A DNA stretch of 64,000 bases from Halorussus marinus (GTDB lineage: Archaea > Halobacteriota > Halobacteria > Halobacteriales > Haladaptataceae), in NCBI RefSeq assembly GCF_004765795.1, contig NZ_SBIV01000009.1, positions 62,001 through 126,000 of the forward strand, written 5' to 3'. The translations under genes and the position numbers were made by a program. The number at the start of each line of letters is the position of its first letter. The first letter of the stretch is position 1. This document shows, in pieces, positions 1 to 10,698 of the stretch. The notes below the pieces were generated by a model, which was not told the DNA's origin, did not search any database, and saw only the letters and a program-made list of their open reading frames with translations.

Positions 1-115
1 CGACCAGCGGCGTGCTCATCGCCCGGAGCACGCGGGGATGCACTTCGCTGGGACCGGGACCCATCAGCGTCCTGTCCGGGGGTGTCAGCTCGCCAACGGC
101 AGGTTTCTCTACCAT
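1..115 (-). CDS. Alanine-glyoxylate/serine-pyruvate aminotransferase family (class V PLP), N-terminal fragment running off the window
   Basis: Manual translation MVEKPAVGELTPPDRTLMGPGPSEVHPRVLRAMSTPLV; the LMGPGPS motif is the typical class V N-terminus. TATA-like CTTTTA lies about 27-31 nt upstream. Not in the ORF track. Confidence 0.8.
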   Translation of the reverse strand, partial: MVEKPAVGELTPPDRTLMGPGPSEVHPRVLRAMSTPLV

Positions 116-704
116 GGGCCGTGATACCGCCCCCGGCGACTAAAAGACTTCCACCCGACCGCGGGGATTATTCGGCTGTTGTCGCGGGGCGTCGGTCGGG
201 TAACGCGGGATTGATGGACAGCCACTCGACCTGTCGCCGAGAAACAATCTGTTTCCCGAGCGAACGGGCGCGAACGGTCACGCCCGTTTATTCGGGATAC
301 CGGTGTAGCCGAGAGCGCCCGGGGATGAACGGGGGCGTCCGCCGGGCGAGAGTTCCCAACGACACGACCGGACTGCGGGAGACGCGCGGCGCCGACCGAC
401 GACCCGGCGGACGCGGTCCGGCCCGTCCGGGACCGATCACATGGGGGAGGGGTCGGTCCCGACGCGGCGGGGCCGTCGTCACGGGGGACGGCGGGTCGCC
501 GGTCGGCGCCGTTGCGCTCCGTACCGAGCCGTCGAGATCGAGGGGCCGAAGCGACCGGCGGCGGGCGAACCGTCGTCCGCCGGCCGGCGCATTTTCCGAT
601 TTCGGTGCGCGGGAGTCGAGCGTCGAGGCGCGCTGTTTTCAGACCGGTCGGGACCGAACGGGCGACAAGAGACTTATATCGCCCGAGCGCCAATCGACTA
701 CTCC

Positions 705-1667
705 ATGATGGTCGGCCACGCGATGGTGGCGTTCGCGCTCGCCACCGCCGTCGCGGCGCGGCGGTGGCCCGCCGAGCGAGCGCTGGCGTTCGGCGTCGTG
801 GCCGGCGGGTTCGCCGCGGTCCCCGACGTCGACATGGCGTACGCGATGTTCGGGCTCGCGCAGGCGGGCCTGGGCGGCGTCTGGGAGATGACGTCCGCGT
901 TCTGGGGGAGTTCGACGCTAGTCCACCGCGCGGTCACCCACTCGCTGGTCGTCGGCGCGGTCGGTGCGGTCGGGTTCGGACTCGCCGCCTGCGAGAGGTG
1001 GCCGGCCCGGCTCCTCGCGGTCGGGTTCGCGAGCGCCCTCGTCGCGGTCGCGTTCGCGACCGGGGGCGGACTCGCGGGCGCGATCATGACGCTGTTCGTA
1101 CTCTCGGGGCTCGCACTCGCGGTCGTCGCGGCCGGAACCACCGATCTCGGGCCGCGTGCGGTGGTCGTCGCCGCGCTCGTCGGGCTGTTGAGCCACCCCT
1201 TCGGCGACGTGTTCACCGGAACCCCGCCCGCGTTCCTCTATCCGTTCGAGCCGAGCCTGCTCGACGCCCGGGTGGTGTTGCACGCCGACCCGACGCTGAA
1301 TCTGGTGGGCGTGTTCGGGATCGAACTCGCCACCATCTGGGCGGCGGGCTACGTCTACCTCCGGGCGACCGACCGCCGGCTGTTCGCCCACGTCGACGCC
1401 CGCGCGGCGGTCGGGATCGCGTACGCCATCGCGGCGGTGGTGTTGCCCGCGCCCTCGGTCGACGGCTCCTATCAGTTCGTGTTCTCGATTCTGGCGCTCG
1501 GTTTCGTAGGCGTCGCGCCCCAACTGCTCCCGTCGCGGTCGATCCTGACCGCCGAGTGGCACGAGACGGTAACGTGGGCGCTGACGGGGCTGGGCGCGGT
1601 CAGCGTCGCGACGCTGGCGTACACGCTGACCTACCTCGCGTCGACGGGGTCGGCGTATTTCTTGTAG
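705..1667 (+). CDS. Membrane-bound metal-dependent hydrolase (YdjM-like) with extra C-terminal TM helices
   Basis: GH..., PDVD, HRAVTHS and SHPFGD motifs. ATG 705 follows TATA-like CTTATAT at 673-679. Confidence 0.8.
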   Translation: MMVGHAMVAFALATAVAARRWPAERALAFGVVAGGFAAVPDVDMAYAMFGLAQAGLGGVWEMTSAFWGSSTLVHRAVTHSLVVGAVGAVGFGLAACERWPARLLAVGFASALVAVAFATGGGLAGAIMTLFVLSGLALAVVAAGTTDLGPRAVVVAALVGLLSHPFGDVFTGTPPAFLYPFEPSLLDARVVLHADPTLNLVGVFGIELATIWAAGYVYLRATDRRLFAHVDARAAVGIAYAIAAVVLPAPSVDGSYQFVFSILALGFVGVAPQLLPSRSILTAEWHETVTWALTGLGAVSVATLAYTLTYLASTGSAYFL

Positions 1668-1716
1668 AACCCCGAGACCCTCACATTTCTTGTAGCGGGA
1701 GTGAGAACCCCGGCGT

Positions 1717-2322
1717 ATGGCACGCCGCGCGCCGACGCTAGAGAGCGTGGTCGAAGACGAGCGAGTGAACGCGGGGCTCGCGTGGCTACTCGTCGCGTTC
1801 ATCCTTCTCGTGGTCGTCGAGAGCGCTCTCGACGGCGACTTCCTCTGGGCGGGGTTCGCGGCGTTCGTCGCGGGGGTGGCGATCGCCCCGGCCGCGATCT
1901 ACCGCGATCCCAACGCGATGCTCCCGTGGGAGGTGCTCGTGCTCGCCGCGCTCCCTCTGCTCGGCCGGGCGCTCGCGACGATGGTGCTCACCTCGCGGGT
2001 CGCAACCTACTTTTCGGTCGCGGCGCTCGCGCTCATCGTGGCGGTCGAACTCCACGCGTTCACGCCGGTGAAGATGACCCACTGGTTCGCGGTGCTGTTC
2101 GTGGTCGTCGCCACGATCGCGACCGCGGGCGTGTGGGCGGTCGTCCAGTGGCTCTCTGACATCTATCTCGGCACCGCGTTCATCCAGAGCGAGCACCGAC
2201 TCATGTGGGACTTCGTGGCGGCGACCGCGACCGGCGCGGCCGCGGGGGTCGTCTTCGAGTGGTACTTCCGACGGTTCGTCCGGATGGACCCGCGGCTCCC
2301 CGACGAGGTGAGCCGGCGATGA
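1717..2322 (+). CDS. Multi-pass membrane protein, apparent degenerate paralog of the next gene
   Basis: About 6 hydrophobic segments; ATGA overlap with the next ORF. Confidence 0.7.
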   Translation: MARRAPTLESVVEDERVNAGLAWLLVAFILLVVVESALDGDFLWAGFAAFVAGVAIAPAAIYRDPNAMLPWEVLVLAALPLLGRALATMVLTSRVATYFSVAALALIVAVELHAFTPVKMTHWFAVLFVVVATIATAGVWAVVQWLSDIYLGTAFIQSEHRLMWDFVAATATGAAAGVVFEWYFRRFVRMDPRLPDEVSRR

Positions 2323-2981
2323 AGCTCCGAGACCGGCTCAGAATCTCCAAGCGCCGCCAAGAACAGCTGACCCGCGCGATGGAGCTGATACTGCTTGGCA
2401 TCTTTTTCATCGGGCTCGACCGGGGCCACGTCGGCATCATGGTCAACTCCACCATCGCGCTCGCGGTCACCTTTCTCCCGGCGGTGCTCGAACGCGACTA
2501 CGACATCCCGATGGACGCCGGGCTCACCCTCTGGATCACGAGCGCGGTGTTCCTCCACGTCGTCGGCACCCTCGGGCCGTACCAGAGCCGGATGACGGTC
2601 ATGGGGCTGGGATGGGACAGCGTGACTCACGCCCTCTCGTCGTCGCTCGTGGCCGCGATCGGCTACACGACCGCCCGCGCCATCGACCGCCACACCGACG
2701 ACGTCTACCTCCCGCCGAAGTTCATGTTCGTGTTCATCCTCATGTTCGTGATGGCGTTCGGCGTGGTCTGGGAGGTCATCGAGTTCGGCATCGCCGGCGT
2801 GGCCTCGATGACCGGGAGCACCTCGGTGCTCACCCAGTACGGACTCGAAGACACGATGCGTGACCTGCTGTTCGATGCGGTCGGCGGCCTCCTCGTGGCG
2901 GTGTGGGGCACCGCGTACCTCACCGACGTCGTCGGTGCCGTCGAGGAGCGCCTCGACAACCGCGGGCGACAGGCCGACTGA
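2319..2981 (+). CDS. Multi-pass membrane protein, DUF2238/VanZ-like putative metal-binding hydrolase
   Basis: FLH, WDSVTH, WEVIEF and DTMRDL motifs; ATG 2319 overlaps the upstream stop. Confidence 0.65.
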   Translation: MKLRDRLRISKRRQEQLTRAMELILLGIFFIGLDRGHVGIMVNSTIALAVTFLPAVLERDYDIPMDAGLTLWITSAVFLHVVGTLGPYQSRMTVMGLGWDSVTHALSSSLVAAIGYTTARAIDRHTDDVYLPPKFMFVFILMFVMAFGVVWEVIEFGIAGVASMTGSTSVLTQYGLEDTMRDLLFDAVGGLLVAVWGTAYLTDVVGAVEERLDNRGRQAD

Positions 2982-3034
2982 GCCCGCGACCGCCGGGTGG
3001 CTTTATGACAGTCTGGGACGAACGTCTACTCGCT

Positions 3035-3235
3035 ATGGTGTTCAAGAAGATCACGCTCATCGGTACGAGTCCCGAGAGCTTCGACGAGGCCGCAGACGAC
3101 GCCATCGACCGCGCGGAAGACACCCTCCAGAACATCAAGTGGGTCGAGGTCGACGAACTCGGCGTCGAACTCGGGAGCGTCGACGACCGAGAGTATCAGG
3201 CCGAGGTAACGGTCGCGTTCGAACTCGAAGCGTAG
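3035..3235 (+). CDS. Dodecin (flavin-binding protein)
   Basis: [31 protein letters not shown]...[11 protein letters not shown] matches haloarchaeal dodecin; CTTTAT at 3001-3006. Confidence 0.93.
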   Translation: MVFKKITLIGTSPESFDEAADDAIDRAEDTLQNIKWVEVDELGVELGSVDDREYQAEVTVAFELEA

Positions 3236-3314
3236 CACTCCCGGAAATATTCCCGGCCGAACCCGTTCGATTCTCGGCGTCACAATTATCATCCCGGGCC
3301 CGAAAGGGAGTGGT

Positions 3315-3683
3315 ATGAGTACCGACACCGCGCCGAACGGCGAGACCACGCCCCGAATCGAGGTGACCGAGACCGCCGCCGAGGAGGCGCTCGCGCTCCT
3401 CGACAGCGAGGGCCTCGACGCCGACGAGGCCGGTCTCCGGCTGTTCGTCCAGCAGGGGGGCTGTGCGGGCCTCTCGTACGGGATGCGGTTCGACGAGTCC
3501 GCCGAGGCCGACGACACCGTCTACGAGCACCACGACCTCCGGGTGTTCGTCGACCCCGCGAGTCTGAACTACATCGAGGGCAGCGTCGTCGACTACGAGG
3601 ACGGCCTTCAGGGTGCGGGCTTCCACGTCGAGAACCCCAACGTCGTCAGCGAGTGTGGCTGCGGCGAGAGCTTCCGGACGTAA
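3315..3683 (+). CDS. HesB/IscA family Fe-S cluster assembly accessory protein
   Basis: GGCAGLSY and CGCGESF motifs. Confidence 0.95.
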   Translation: MSTDTAPNGETTPRIEVTETAAEEALALLDSEGLDADEAGLRLFVQQGGCAGLSYGMRFDESAEADDTVYEHHDLRVFVDPASLNYIEGSVVDYEDGLQGAGFHVENPNVVSECGCGESFRT

Positions 3684-3691
3684 GCCGGCGC

Positions 3692-3884
3692 CTACGCCGT
3701 CCCGTCGAGCGCGTCCGGATCGACCACCCGTACTGCGCATGGCGTCGAACCGCTCGTCGCCGAGTCGCGCGCCGTCGGTGATCCCGTAGACCTCGTCGTC
3801 GCCGAACTGGGACGCGACGAACCACCGGGCGACGAGCGCCCAGTAGTTGCAGTGGCGTACGGCGATCTCGACGCCGGACGCCAT
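3692..3884 (-). pseudogene. Possible frameshifted small acidic gene of unknown function
   Basis: ATG 3884 opens a frame with strong haloarchaeal codon bias (MASGVEIAVRHCNYW...DERFDAM). A one-base shift near 3734 continues as VRVVDPDALDGTA* and stops at 3692, converging on iscA. Confidence 0.3.
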
Positions 3885-3977
3885 CTGTTTTCGTGTCGTC
3901 CGTTCACACTACGTCCAGCGGTCGCATAAAGCTCCGAGAACTACCGACAACGACCCGAACGTGGGTTCGGTCGGCTC

Positions 3978-5258
3978 TCAGTCGCCGCCGTCGAACCGCT
4001 TGCGGACGCTCTCGGCGTGGGCTTCGAGCCCTTCGGCTTCGGCGAGCGTCGTGATCGTCTCCGAGAGGTCGCCCAGTCCCGTCTCGTCGAGGCGCTGGAC
4101 CGTGGTCGAGCGCACGAACGTGTCGACCGACAGTCCGCCGGTGAGCTTCGCCAGCCCGTTCGTCGGCAGGACGTGGTTGGTCCCGCTGGCGTAATCGCCC
4201 GCCGCGACCGGGGTGTACGGCCCCAAAAAGACGCTCCCGGCCGAGTCGATCCGGTCGAGGATCGCCTCGTCGTCGTCGGCCTGAATCGAGAGGTGCTCGG
4301 CGGCGTACTCCTCGGCGAACAACACGGCCTCGCTCATCGAGCGCGCGACGAACAGCCCGCTGGTCTCGTTGTCGAGAGCCGCCCGGATCGTCTCGGTGCG
4401 CTCGCGTTCGGGAGCCTGCCGGTCGATCTCGTCGGCGACCGCCTCGGCGAGCGCCTCGTCGTCGGTCGCGAGCGCGACCGCCGCGTCCGGGTCGTGTTCG
4501 GCCTGCGCGAGCAGGTCGGCCGCGACCAGTTCGGGGTCGGCGGTGTCGTCGGCGACCACCAGCACCTCGCTCGGCCCCGCGAGGAAGTCGATCTCGACGT
4601 CGCCCCGGACCTCGGCCTTCGCCGCGGTGACCCACTTGTTGCCCGGCCCGACGATCTTCTGAACCCGATCGACCTGTTCGGTGCCGTAGGCCATCGCGGC
4701 GACCGCTTGGGCGCCCCCGACGCTGACCACGGTGTCGGCGCCGGCGACGTGGATCGCCGCGAGCGTCGCCGGGTTCAGTTCGTCGGCCGGCGGGGTCGCG
4801 ACCAGCACCTGCTCGACGCCCGCGACCGTCGCGGGGATCACGCCCATCAGCGCGCTGGAGGGGTAGGCCGCGGCCCCGCCGGGGACGTACACGCCGACGC
4901 GCTCGATGGGGCGAAACCGCCGGCCGAGTTCGCGGCCCTCGCCGAACGACTCGCGCCAGTCGTCGGGCGCTTGGGCCTCGTGGAACTCCCGGACGTTCCG
5001 AGCGGTGGCCTCGATCGCCGACCGGAGGTCGTCGTCGAGATCCTCGTAGGCGCGTTCGGCCGCGTCGGTCACGTCGAGGTTGCCGACTTCGACCCCGTCG
5101 AACTCCCGGCAGAACTCCCGGACCGCCACGTCGCCCTCCTCGCGGACGCGCGCGACGATGTCGCCGACGTCGTCCCGAACCGCCTCGATGCCGGCGTCCC
5201 GGTCGAACAGCGCTCGCCGGTCGTCCGGCCCGAGGTCCGCGATCTGTCGTGCGTTCAT
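3978..5258 (-). CDS. hisD: Histidinol dehydrogenase
   Basis: GVYVPGG, GPGNKWV, AGPSE, QAEHDP, AEHL and GDYASGTNHVLPT motifs. Confidence 0.97.
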   Translation of the reverse strand: MNARQIADLGPDDRRALFDRDAGIEAVRDDVGDIVARVREEGDVAVREFCREFDGVEVGNLDVTDAAERAYEDLDDDLRSAIEATARNVREFHEAQAPDDWRESFGEGRELGRRFRPIERVGVYVPGGAAAYPSSALMGVIPATVAGVEQVLVATPPADELNPATLAAIHVAGADTVVSVGGAQAVAAMAYGTEQVDRVQKIVGPGNKWVTAAKAEVRGDVEIDFLAGPSEVLVVADDTADPELVAADLLAQAEHDPDAAVALATDDEALAEAVADEIDRQAPERERTETIRAALDNETSGLFVARSMSEAVLFAEEYAAEHLSIQADDDEAILDRIDSAGSVFLGPYTPVAAGDYASGTNHVLPTNGLAKLTGGLSVDTFVRSTTVQRLDETGLGDLSETITTLAEAEGLEAHAESVRKRFDGGD

Positions 5259-5328
5259 ACCACGCGGTTCGGAGGCCGGGCGAAAAACGGTTTCCTTCCG
5301 GCCGGGGACCCGACCGGCGATCGACCGC

Positions 5329-6108
5329 TCAGACGTCGGGCGTCTCCATGATGTCGGGGACGCCGGCCGCGGTGATCGTCTCGCCGACCACGTAGGAGGC
5401 CGCGGGGCTGGCGAGGAACTGCGCGACGTCGGCGATCTCCTCGGACGTGCCGATCCGGCGTTCGACCTGCTCGCGGTCGATCTCGTCGGCGCTGACGCCC
5501 ATCTGGGACTCGACGCCCGGCGTGGCGACGAACCCGGGCGCGATGCAGTTGACCCGCACGTCGTCGCCGGCCCACTCGAACGCGAGCGTCGAGGTCAGGT
5601 TGATCACGCCCGCCTTGGCCGCGCCGTAGTGGCTCATGTGGGGCGCGCCCTTCTGGCCGGCGACGCTGGCGAGGTTGATCACCGCGCCGCCGCCGTCCTC
5701 GCGCATGCGCTCGCCGGCGACCTGCGTGCAGTGGTAGGTCCCGTGGAGGTTGATGTCCACGATGGTCTCCCAGCCGTTCTCGCTGATGTCCCCAAAGGAG
5801 GCCATGAAGCTCGCGCCCGCGTTGTTGACCAGCACGTCGACGCCGCCGAACTCCTCGACGGTCGCCTCGACCAGCGCCTCGACCGCGTCCCGGTCGGTCA
5901 CGTCGCACTCGACCGCGAGCGCCCGGCCCTCTCGGTCGCTGTCGGCGATGGCGTCGGCGACCGGGTCGACGTTGTCCTGCTCGCGCGAGCAGACCACCAC
6001 GTCGGCCCCGTCGGCGGCGAACCGCTCGGCGATCGCCTTCCCGATGCCCGAGCTCGCGCCCGTGACGATGGCGGTCCGACCGTCGACGCCGAACTGGTCG
6101 GTCGTCAC
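5329..6108 (-). CDS. SDR family NAD(P)-dependent oxidoreductase
   Basis: TGASSGIG, NNAG and YGAAK motifs; GTG start at 6108 preceded by GGAGG. Confidence 0.9.
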   Translation of the reverse strand: MTTDQFGVDGRTAIVTGASSGIGKAIAERFAADGADVVVCSREQDNVDPVADAIADSDREGRALAVECDVTDRDAVEALVEATVEEFGGVDVLVNNAGASFMASFGDISENGWETIVDINLHGTYHCTQVAGERMREDGGGAVINLASVAGQKGAPHMSHYGAAKAGVINLTSTLAFEWAGDDVRVNCIAPGFVATPGVESQMGVSADEIDREQVERRIGTSEEIADVAQFLASPAASYVVGETITAAGVPDIMETPDV

Positions 6109-6256
6109 GCGCGTCCCTCCGTCCCGATCGCCGCGTTCGAAGCTACCATTGTTAACACAATCTCCGTATTGTCGCCGATCGTTAATAAAGGTGGGCCGCG
6201 GTGCGGTCGCGACCGGTGCGAGACCAGATCGGGGCAGACCGAACGGGCTCGGCGAC

Positions 6257-7474
6257 TCAGCCGTCCCGATACCGAGTGAGGTGTTCGACCTCGCCGGCGT
6301 CGACGTCCTCGAAGGCGTCGCGCGCGATGACGCGCTTGTGGACCTCGTCGGCGCCGTCGATGATCCGGAACTGCCGGACGTTCTCGTAGAAGTCCGCCAG
6401 CGGGAGGTCCTTGCCGATGCCGTTGCCGCCACAGATCTGGACCGCGGTGTCGACGGCGTCCTGGACGACGTTGGCGGCGTAGGTCTTGCTCATCGCCACC
6501 TCGGTCCGGGCCTCCTCGCCGGCCGCGATCCGGTCGGCGGCGTGGCGAACGGTCGTCCGGACCGCGTGGAGGCGGGTCTCGGCCTCGGCGATTTCGAACC
6601 GGAGCGCCTGCTTCTCCGAGAGCGTCCCGTCGAACGCGCGCCGTTCTTCGGCGTAGGCCTTCGCGACGTCGAGGGCGCGCTCGGCCATCCCCGAAAAGCG
6701 CATGCAGTGGGTGAGTCGGGCGGGTCCGAGCCGCTGTTGGGAGATGGCGAACCCCGCGTTTTCGGCCCCGAGCAGGTTCTCCTCGGGGACCCGGACCCCG
6801 TCGTACCGGATCTCGGCGTGGCCGATCCCGGTGAGTCCGCCGCCGACGTGGGGCACGTCTCGGACGACCTCCACGCCGGGCGCGTCGGCGGGCACGAGGA
6901 AGATCGAACACCCCTCGTAGGGGTGGGCGTCGGGGTCGGTCCGCGCCATCACTAACAACACGTCGGCCTCGCTTCCCTGCGTGGTCCACCACTTGTGGCC
7001 GTCGATGACCCACTCGTCGCCGTCTTTCTCGGCGGTCGTGCGTATCATCTTGGGGTCGGAGCCGGCGCCGTCCATCGGCTCGGTCATCGAGAACCCCGAC
7101 CGGATCTCCCCGCGAGCGAGCGGCCCGAGCCACCGCTCTTTCTGGTCGTCGGTCCCCACCAGTTCGAGCGTGTGCATGTTGCCCTCGTCGGGCGCGTCGA
7201 CCCGGATCGCGGCGGCCCCGAGCAGGCTCCGACCCGCCTCCTCGAACAGCGCGAGCGCTTCCCGGAACCCGAGGCCGAGCCCGCCGTACTCCTCGGGAAT
7301 CTGGGGCGCGTACACGTCGTACTCGCGGGCCGCTTCCCGGAGGCTCTCGATCGTCTCGGCCGTGACGGGCGGGCCGCCGAGGTGCTCGCGCTCTACCGGT
7401 ATCACTTCCCGGTCGACGAACTCCCGAACTCGGTCGGCCACCGCCTCCCCGCTCGCTGGGTCGTCGTACTCCAT
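6257..7474 (-). CDS. Acyl-CoA dehydrogenase, ACAD10/11 (LvaC-like) subtype
   Basis: APDEGNM, FSMTEP, GHKWW, RLGPARLTHCMR, and IIDGADEVHK with Asp in place of the usual catalytic Glu. Confidence 0.88.
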   Translation of the reverse strand: MEYDDPASGEAVADRVREFVDREVIPVEREHLGGPPVTAETIESLREAAREYDVYAPQIPEEYGGLGLGFREALALFEEAGRSLLGAAAIRVDAPDEGNMHTLELVGTDDQKERWLGPLARGEIRSGFSMTEPMDGAGSDPKMIRTTAEKDGDEWVIDGHKWWTTQGSEADVLLVMARTDPDAHPYEGCSIFLVPADAPGVEVVRDVPHVGGGLTGIGHAEIRYDGVRVPEENLLGAENAGFAISQQRLGPARLTHCMRFSGMAERALDVAKAYAEERRAFDGTLSEKQALRFEIAEAETRLHAVRTTVRHAADRIAAGEEARTEVAMSKTYAANVVQDAVDTAVQICGGNGIGKDLPLADFYENVRQFRIIDGADEVHKRVIARDAFEDVDAGEVEHLTRYRDG

Positions 7475-7618
7475 ACGCCAACGTCTCCGCAACGATGTAA
7501 AAATATTACTCCGTTTCGGTTACTCGCGTAAGTACTATACCGGCGTTGGGCGTACAGTAGATCGACGCGGACCGTGGCCCAGGCGGGTCGCTCCGACGGC
7601 CGCATCCGACCACGAACC

Positions 7619-8689
7619 ATGACCGACGACGAATCCGACTACTTCGACCGACTCGTCGACGAACAGGCGCTTCGAGAGTATCTCGCCGATCGACTGGGCG
7701 AGCCAGACGACTACGCGGTCGCCCACCACGAGGAGGGGTACTCCAACGAGACGCTGTTCGTGACGTGGGGCGACCGAGAGCTGGTCGTCCGACGGCCGCC
7801 GCCGGGCGAGACCGCCGACACCGCCCACGACGTGCTCCGGGAGTACCGCGTGCTCGACGCGCTCGGGGAGACGGCCGTGCCGGTCCCGACCGCGGTGCTG
7901 GCCTGCGAGGACCGGTCGATCATCGGGAGCGACTTCTACGTGATGGAGCGCATCGAGGGCGACGTACTCCGGCGGCGCGAGCCCGATCGGTTCGGCTCCG
8001 TCGACCACCGCCGGCGCGTCGGCGAGGAGCTCGTCGACGGCCTCGCGGAGATTCACGCCGTCGACTACGAGGCGGTCGGGCTCGACGATTTCGGCCGGCC
8101 GGCGGGCTACACCGAACGGCAGGTCGAGCGCTGGACCAAACAGCTACAGTGGGCGTTCGAGCGGACCGCCGACGAGCGGGCGGTCCCCCAACTCCGGAGG
8201 GTCGGCGAGTGGCTCGCCCAGCACTGCCCGGCCGACCACCCCGAGACGCTCGTTCACGGCGACTACAAGCTCGACAACGTGATGTTCGGGCCGGGGACCC
8301 CGCCGGAGCTCGTCGGGGTGTTCGACTGGGAGATGGCGACGCTCGGGGACCCGCGGGCGGACCTCGGTTGGCTGCTGTCCTATTGGCGCGATCCCGGCGA
8401 CCCCGAGCCCGCCACGCCCGACCTCACCGCGGCGTTCATGGAAGCCGAGGGCTACCCGACGCGCCGAGAGCTGGTCGATCGCTACGAGGCGGCGACCGGG
8501 ATCGAGTACGCCCACGACCGGTTCTACCGGACGCTGGCGGTGTACAAGCTCGCGGCGCTCGGCGAGATGTTCTACCGGCGGTACCTCGAAGGCAACAGCG
8601 ACGACGACCTCTACCCGCTGATGGAAGACCGCGTGCCCGCGCTCGCCGACCGCGCCCAGCGGATCATCGACGGCGGCGAGCCGTTGTAG
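7619..8689 (+). CDS. APH-family phosphotransferase (ACAD10/11 kinase-domain / LvaA-like)
   Basis: GYSNET, RRPP, AHDVLREY, LVHGDYKLDN and DWEMATLGDP motifs. Confidence 0.9.
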   Translation: MTDDESDYFDRLVDEQALREYLADRLGEPDDYAVAHHEEGYSNETLFVTWGDRELVVRRPPPGETADTAHDVLREYRVLDALGETAVPVPTAVLACEDRSIIGSDFYVMERIEGDVLRRREPDRFGSVDHRRRVGEELVDGLAEIHAVDYEAVGLDDFGRPAGYTERQVERWTKQLQWAFERTADERAVPQLRRVGEWLAQHCPADHPETLVHGDYKLDNVMFGPGTPPELVGVFDWEMATLGDPRADLGWLLSYWRDPGDPEPATPDLTAAFMEAEGYPTRRELVDRYEAATGIEYAHDRFYRTLAVYKLAALGEMFYRRYLEGNSDDDLYPLMEDRVPALADRAQRIIDGGEPL

Positions 8690-8811
8690 CGCCGCCGGGA
8701 GCGCGGCCACCCCCACCTCGAATTACCAAATTTTTGAATAGCCGAACGATCGGTTAATATCGGTAGCGTAGCTCGGTGGAGTTAAGTCGGCGTGTCACGA
8801 ACCGATTGGGC

Positions 8812-10011
8812 ATGACGGTCGATAGCATCCAGCGAGTCGCGGTGGTCGGCGCGGGCAACATGGGCCACGGCATCGCGGAGGTCGCCGCGATGGCGGGCTA
8901 CGAGGTCGCGATGCGCGACGTCGAGGCCGAAATCGTCGCCGACGGCTACGAGGACATCGAGTGGAGCCTCGAAAAACTCGCCGAGAAGGGCCGGCTCGAC
9001 GAGCCGGTCGAGACGATCCTCGACCGGATCGAGACCACGACCGCCCTCCGGGCCGCGGTCGAGGACGCCGAGCTGGTGATCGAGGCCGCGCCCGAACAGA
9101 TGGCGATCAAGAAAGACGTGTTCGCCGACGTCGACGAGTTCGCGCCCGAGGACGCGATCCTCGCGTCGAACACGTCGAGTCTCAGCATCACCGAGATGGC
9201 GTCGGCGACCGACCGGCCGGCGTCCGTGGTCGGTCTGCACTTTTTCAACCCGCCGGTGAAGATGGAGCTCGTGGAAGTCGTCTACGGCGCCGAGACCGCC
9301 GACGAGACAGCCGAGACCGCCGCCGCGTTCGCCGAGTCGATCGGCAAGACCCCGATCTACGTCCGGAAGGATGTCCGGGGATTCGTGGTCAACACGGTGC
9401 TGGGGCCGTTCTCGGCCGAGCCCGCCTGGATGGTCTCGGAGGGCGAGGCCACCGTCCGGGCGGCCGACGCCGCGATGGTCCACCGCCGGGGCTACCCGAT
9501 GGGGCCGTTCGAACTCGCCGACCTCACCGGCATCGACGTCGGCTACCACGTCCGCGAGGAGGGCGGCCGGCCGATTCCGCCGATCATGGCCGAGAAGGTC
9601 GAGCGCGGCGATCTCGGGCGGAAGACCGGCCGAGGGTACTACGACTACGAGGACGGCGACGGCGCGGACTACGAGCCCGGCGACGGCGAGGACTTCGATA
9701 CCCTCCGAGTGGAGGCCCGGATGGTCAACGAGGCCGCGGGGCTCGTCGGCGAGGACGTGGCGACCCCCGAGGAGATCGACACCGGGGTCACGCTCGGACT
9801 CGGCTTCCCGGAGGGGATCTGTCGGCGGGCGGACGAACTCGGCCTCGAGACGGTCCTCGACGAACTTCGGACGCTCCGCGAGGAGACGGGCGACGACCGG
9901 TTCGCGCCCGACGACTACCTTCTCGAACTCGTCGAGAACGGCCGGACCGGCGAGGCGGCGGGCGCGGGGTTCCACCGCTACGACGACGGCGAGTCGGCGT
10001 CGGACGCCTGA
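8812..10011 (+). CDS. 3-hydroxyacyl-CoA dehydrogenase with duplicated C-terminal domain and no hydratase domain
   Basis: GAGNMGHGIA, SNTSSL, GLHFFNP, PMGPF and GRKTGRGYY motifs. Confidence 0.92.
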   Translation: MTVDSIQRVAVVGAGNMGHGIAEVAAMAGYEVAMRDVEAEIVADGYEDIEWSLEKLAEKGRLDEPVETILDRIETTTALRAAVEDAELVIEAAPEQMAIKKDVFADVDEFAPEDAILASNTSSLSITEMASATDRPASVVGLHFFNPPVKMELVEVVYGAETADETAETAAAFAESIGKTPIYVRKDVRGFVVNTVLGPFSAEPAWMVSEGEATVRAADAAMVHRRGYPMGPFELADLTGIDVGYHVREEGGRPIPPIMAEKVERGDLGRKTGRGYYDYEDGDGADYEPGDGEDFDTLRVEARMVNEAAGLVGEDVATPEEIDTGVTLGLGFPEGICRRADELGLETVLDELRTLREETGDDRFAPDDYLLELVENGRTGEAAGAGFHRYDDGESASDA

Positions 10012-10022
10012 ACGCCGAGGGA

Positions 10023-10550
10023 CTACTCGTCGCGTTCGGCGTGTAACCCCTCGAATATCTCGGGGTCGGTGCCGAACTTGAGCACGTTGTGGATGACCGA
10101 GTTGCGGACGTTGGCGATCACGTCGCCGTGGGCTTTGTAGAATTCGTGGATCCAGCGCGACTCGGACTCCCGATCGGGGAACATCATCACGGTCTTCCAC
10201 TGGTACTCGCCGTCAGAGAGGAAGTAAAACAGGGTGTGGGGGTCGTCGCGGATGTACTCCATCGCCTCGCGCCACCCCTCCGCGAAGTGCTCGGGGTTGA
10301 ACTTGAACTCGAGCAGGCCGAAGATGTAGTACTCCTCGTTCGGGATGATGGCCTCCCGAAACACGCCCTCGTTTCGCATCTGACGGATCGACTCGCTCAC
10401 GGTGACGTGCGAGACGTCGATGTCGTACTCCTCGGCGAGGATGTCGGTGAGATCCCGCGAGGACAGCTGGGGGTCCCGCGTGAGCTCGCGCAGGATGGCG
10501 ATGTCGCGGTCCTTGAACTCCCAGTCGGGAGGCTCCGATTCGGCGGTCAT
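10023..10550 (-). CDS. Lrp/AsnC-like winged-helix transcriptional regulator
   Basis: N-terminal DRDIAILRELTRDPQLS HTH followed by a RAM-like domain. Confidence 0.75.
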   Translation of the reverse strand: MTAESEPPDWEFKDRDIAILRELTRDPQLSSRDLTDILAEEYDIDVSHVTVSESIRQMRNEGVFREAIIPNEEYYIFGLLEFKFNPEHFAEGWREAMEYIRDDPHTLFYFLSDGEYQWKTVMMFPDRESESRWIHEFYKAHGDVIANVRNSVIHNVLKFGTDPEIFEGLHAERDE

Positions 10551-10698
10551 GATGGGTAGGTTTCCGGGAGTGCGTTAAGAGGGTTGTCCTTCCAAAGGGC
10601 GCCGCGGTCGCCCTGCGAGCCACCGCGGTTCTGTCGGGGCGAACTGTCTCGGCCCCGGGGTCACCGAGACGGTCGAGGGCACGAACCGGGTGTCGGCG

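Noticed and set aside
116..704. ORFs 82-708 and 109-693 in the divergent gap
   Set aside because: No halophilic composition or motifs; treated as an intergenic region with GC-rich hairpins of no assignable function.
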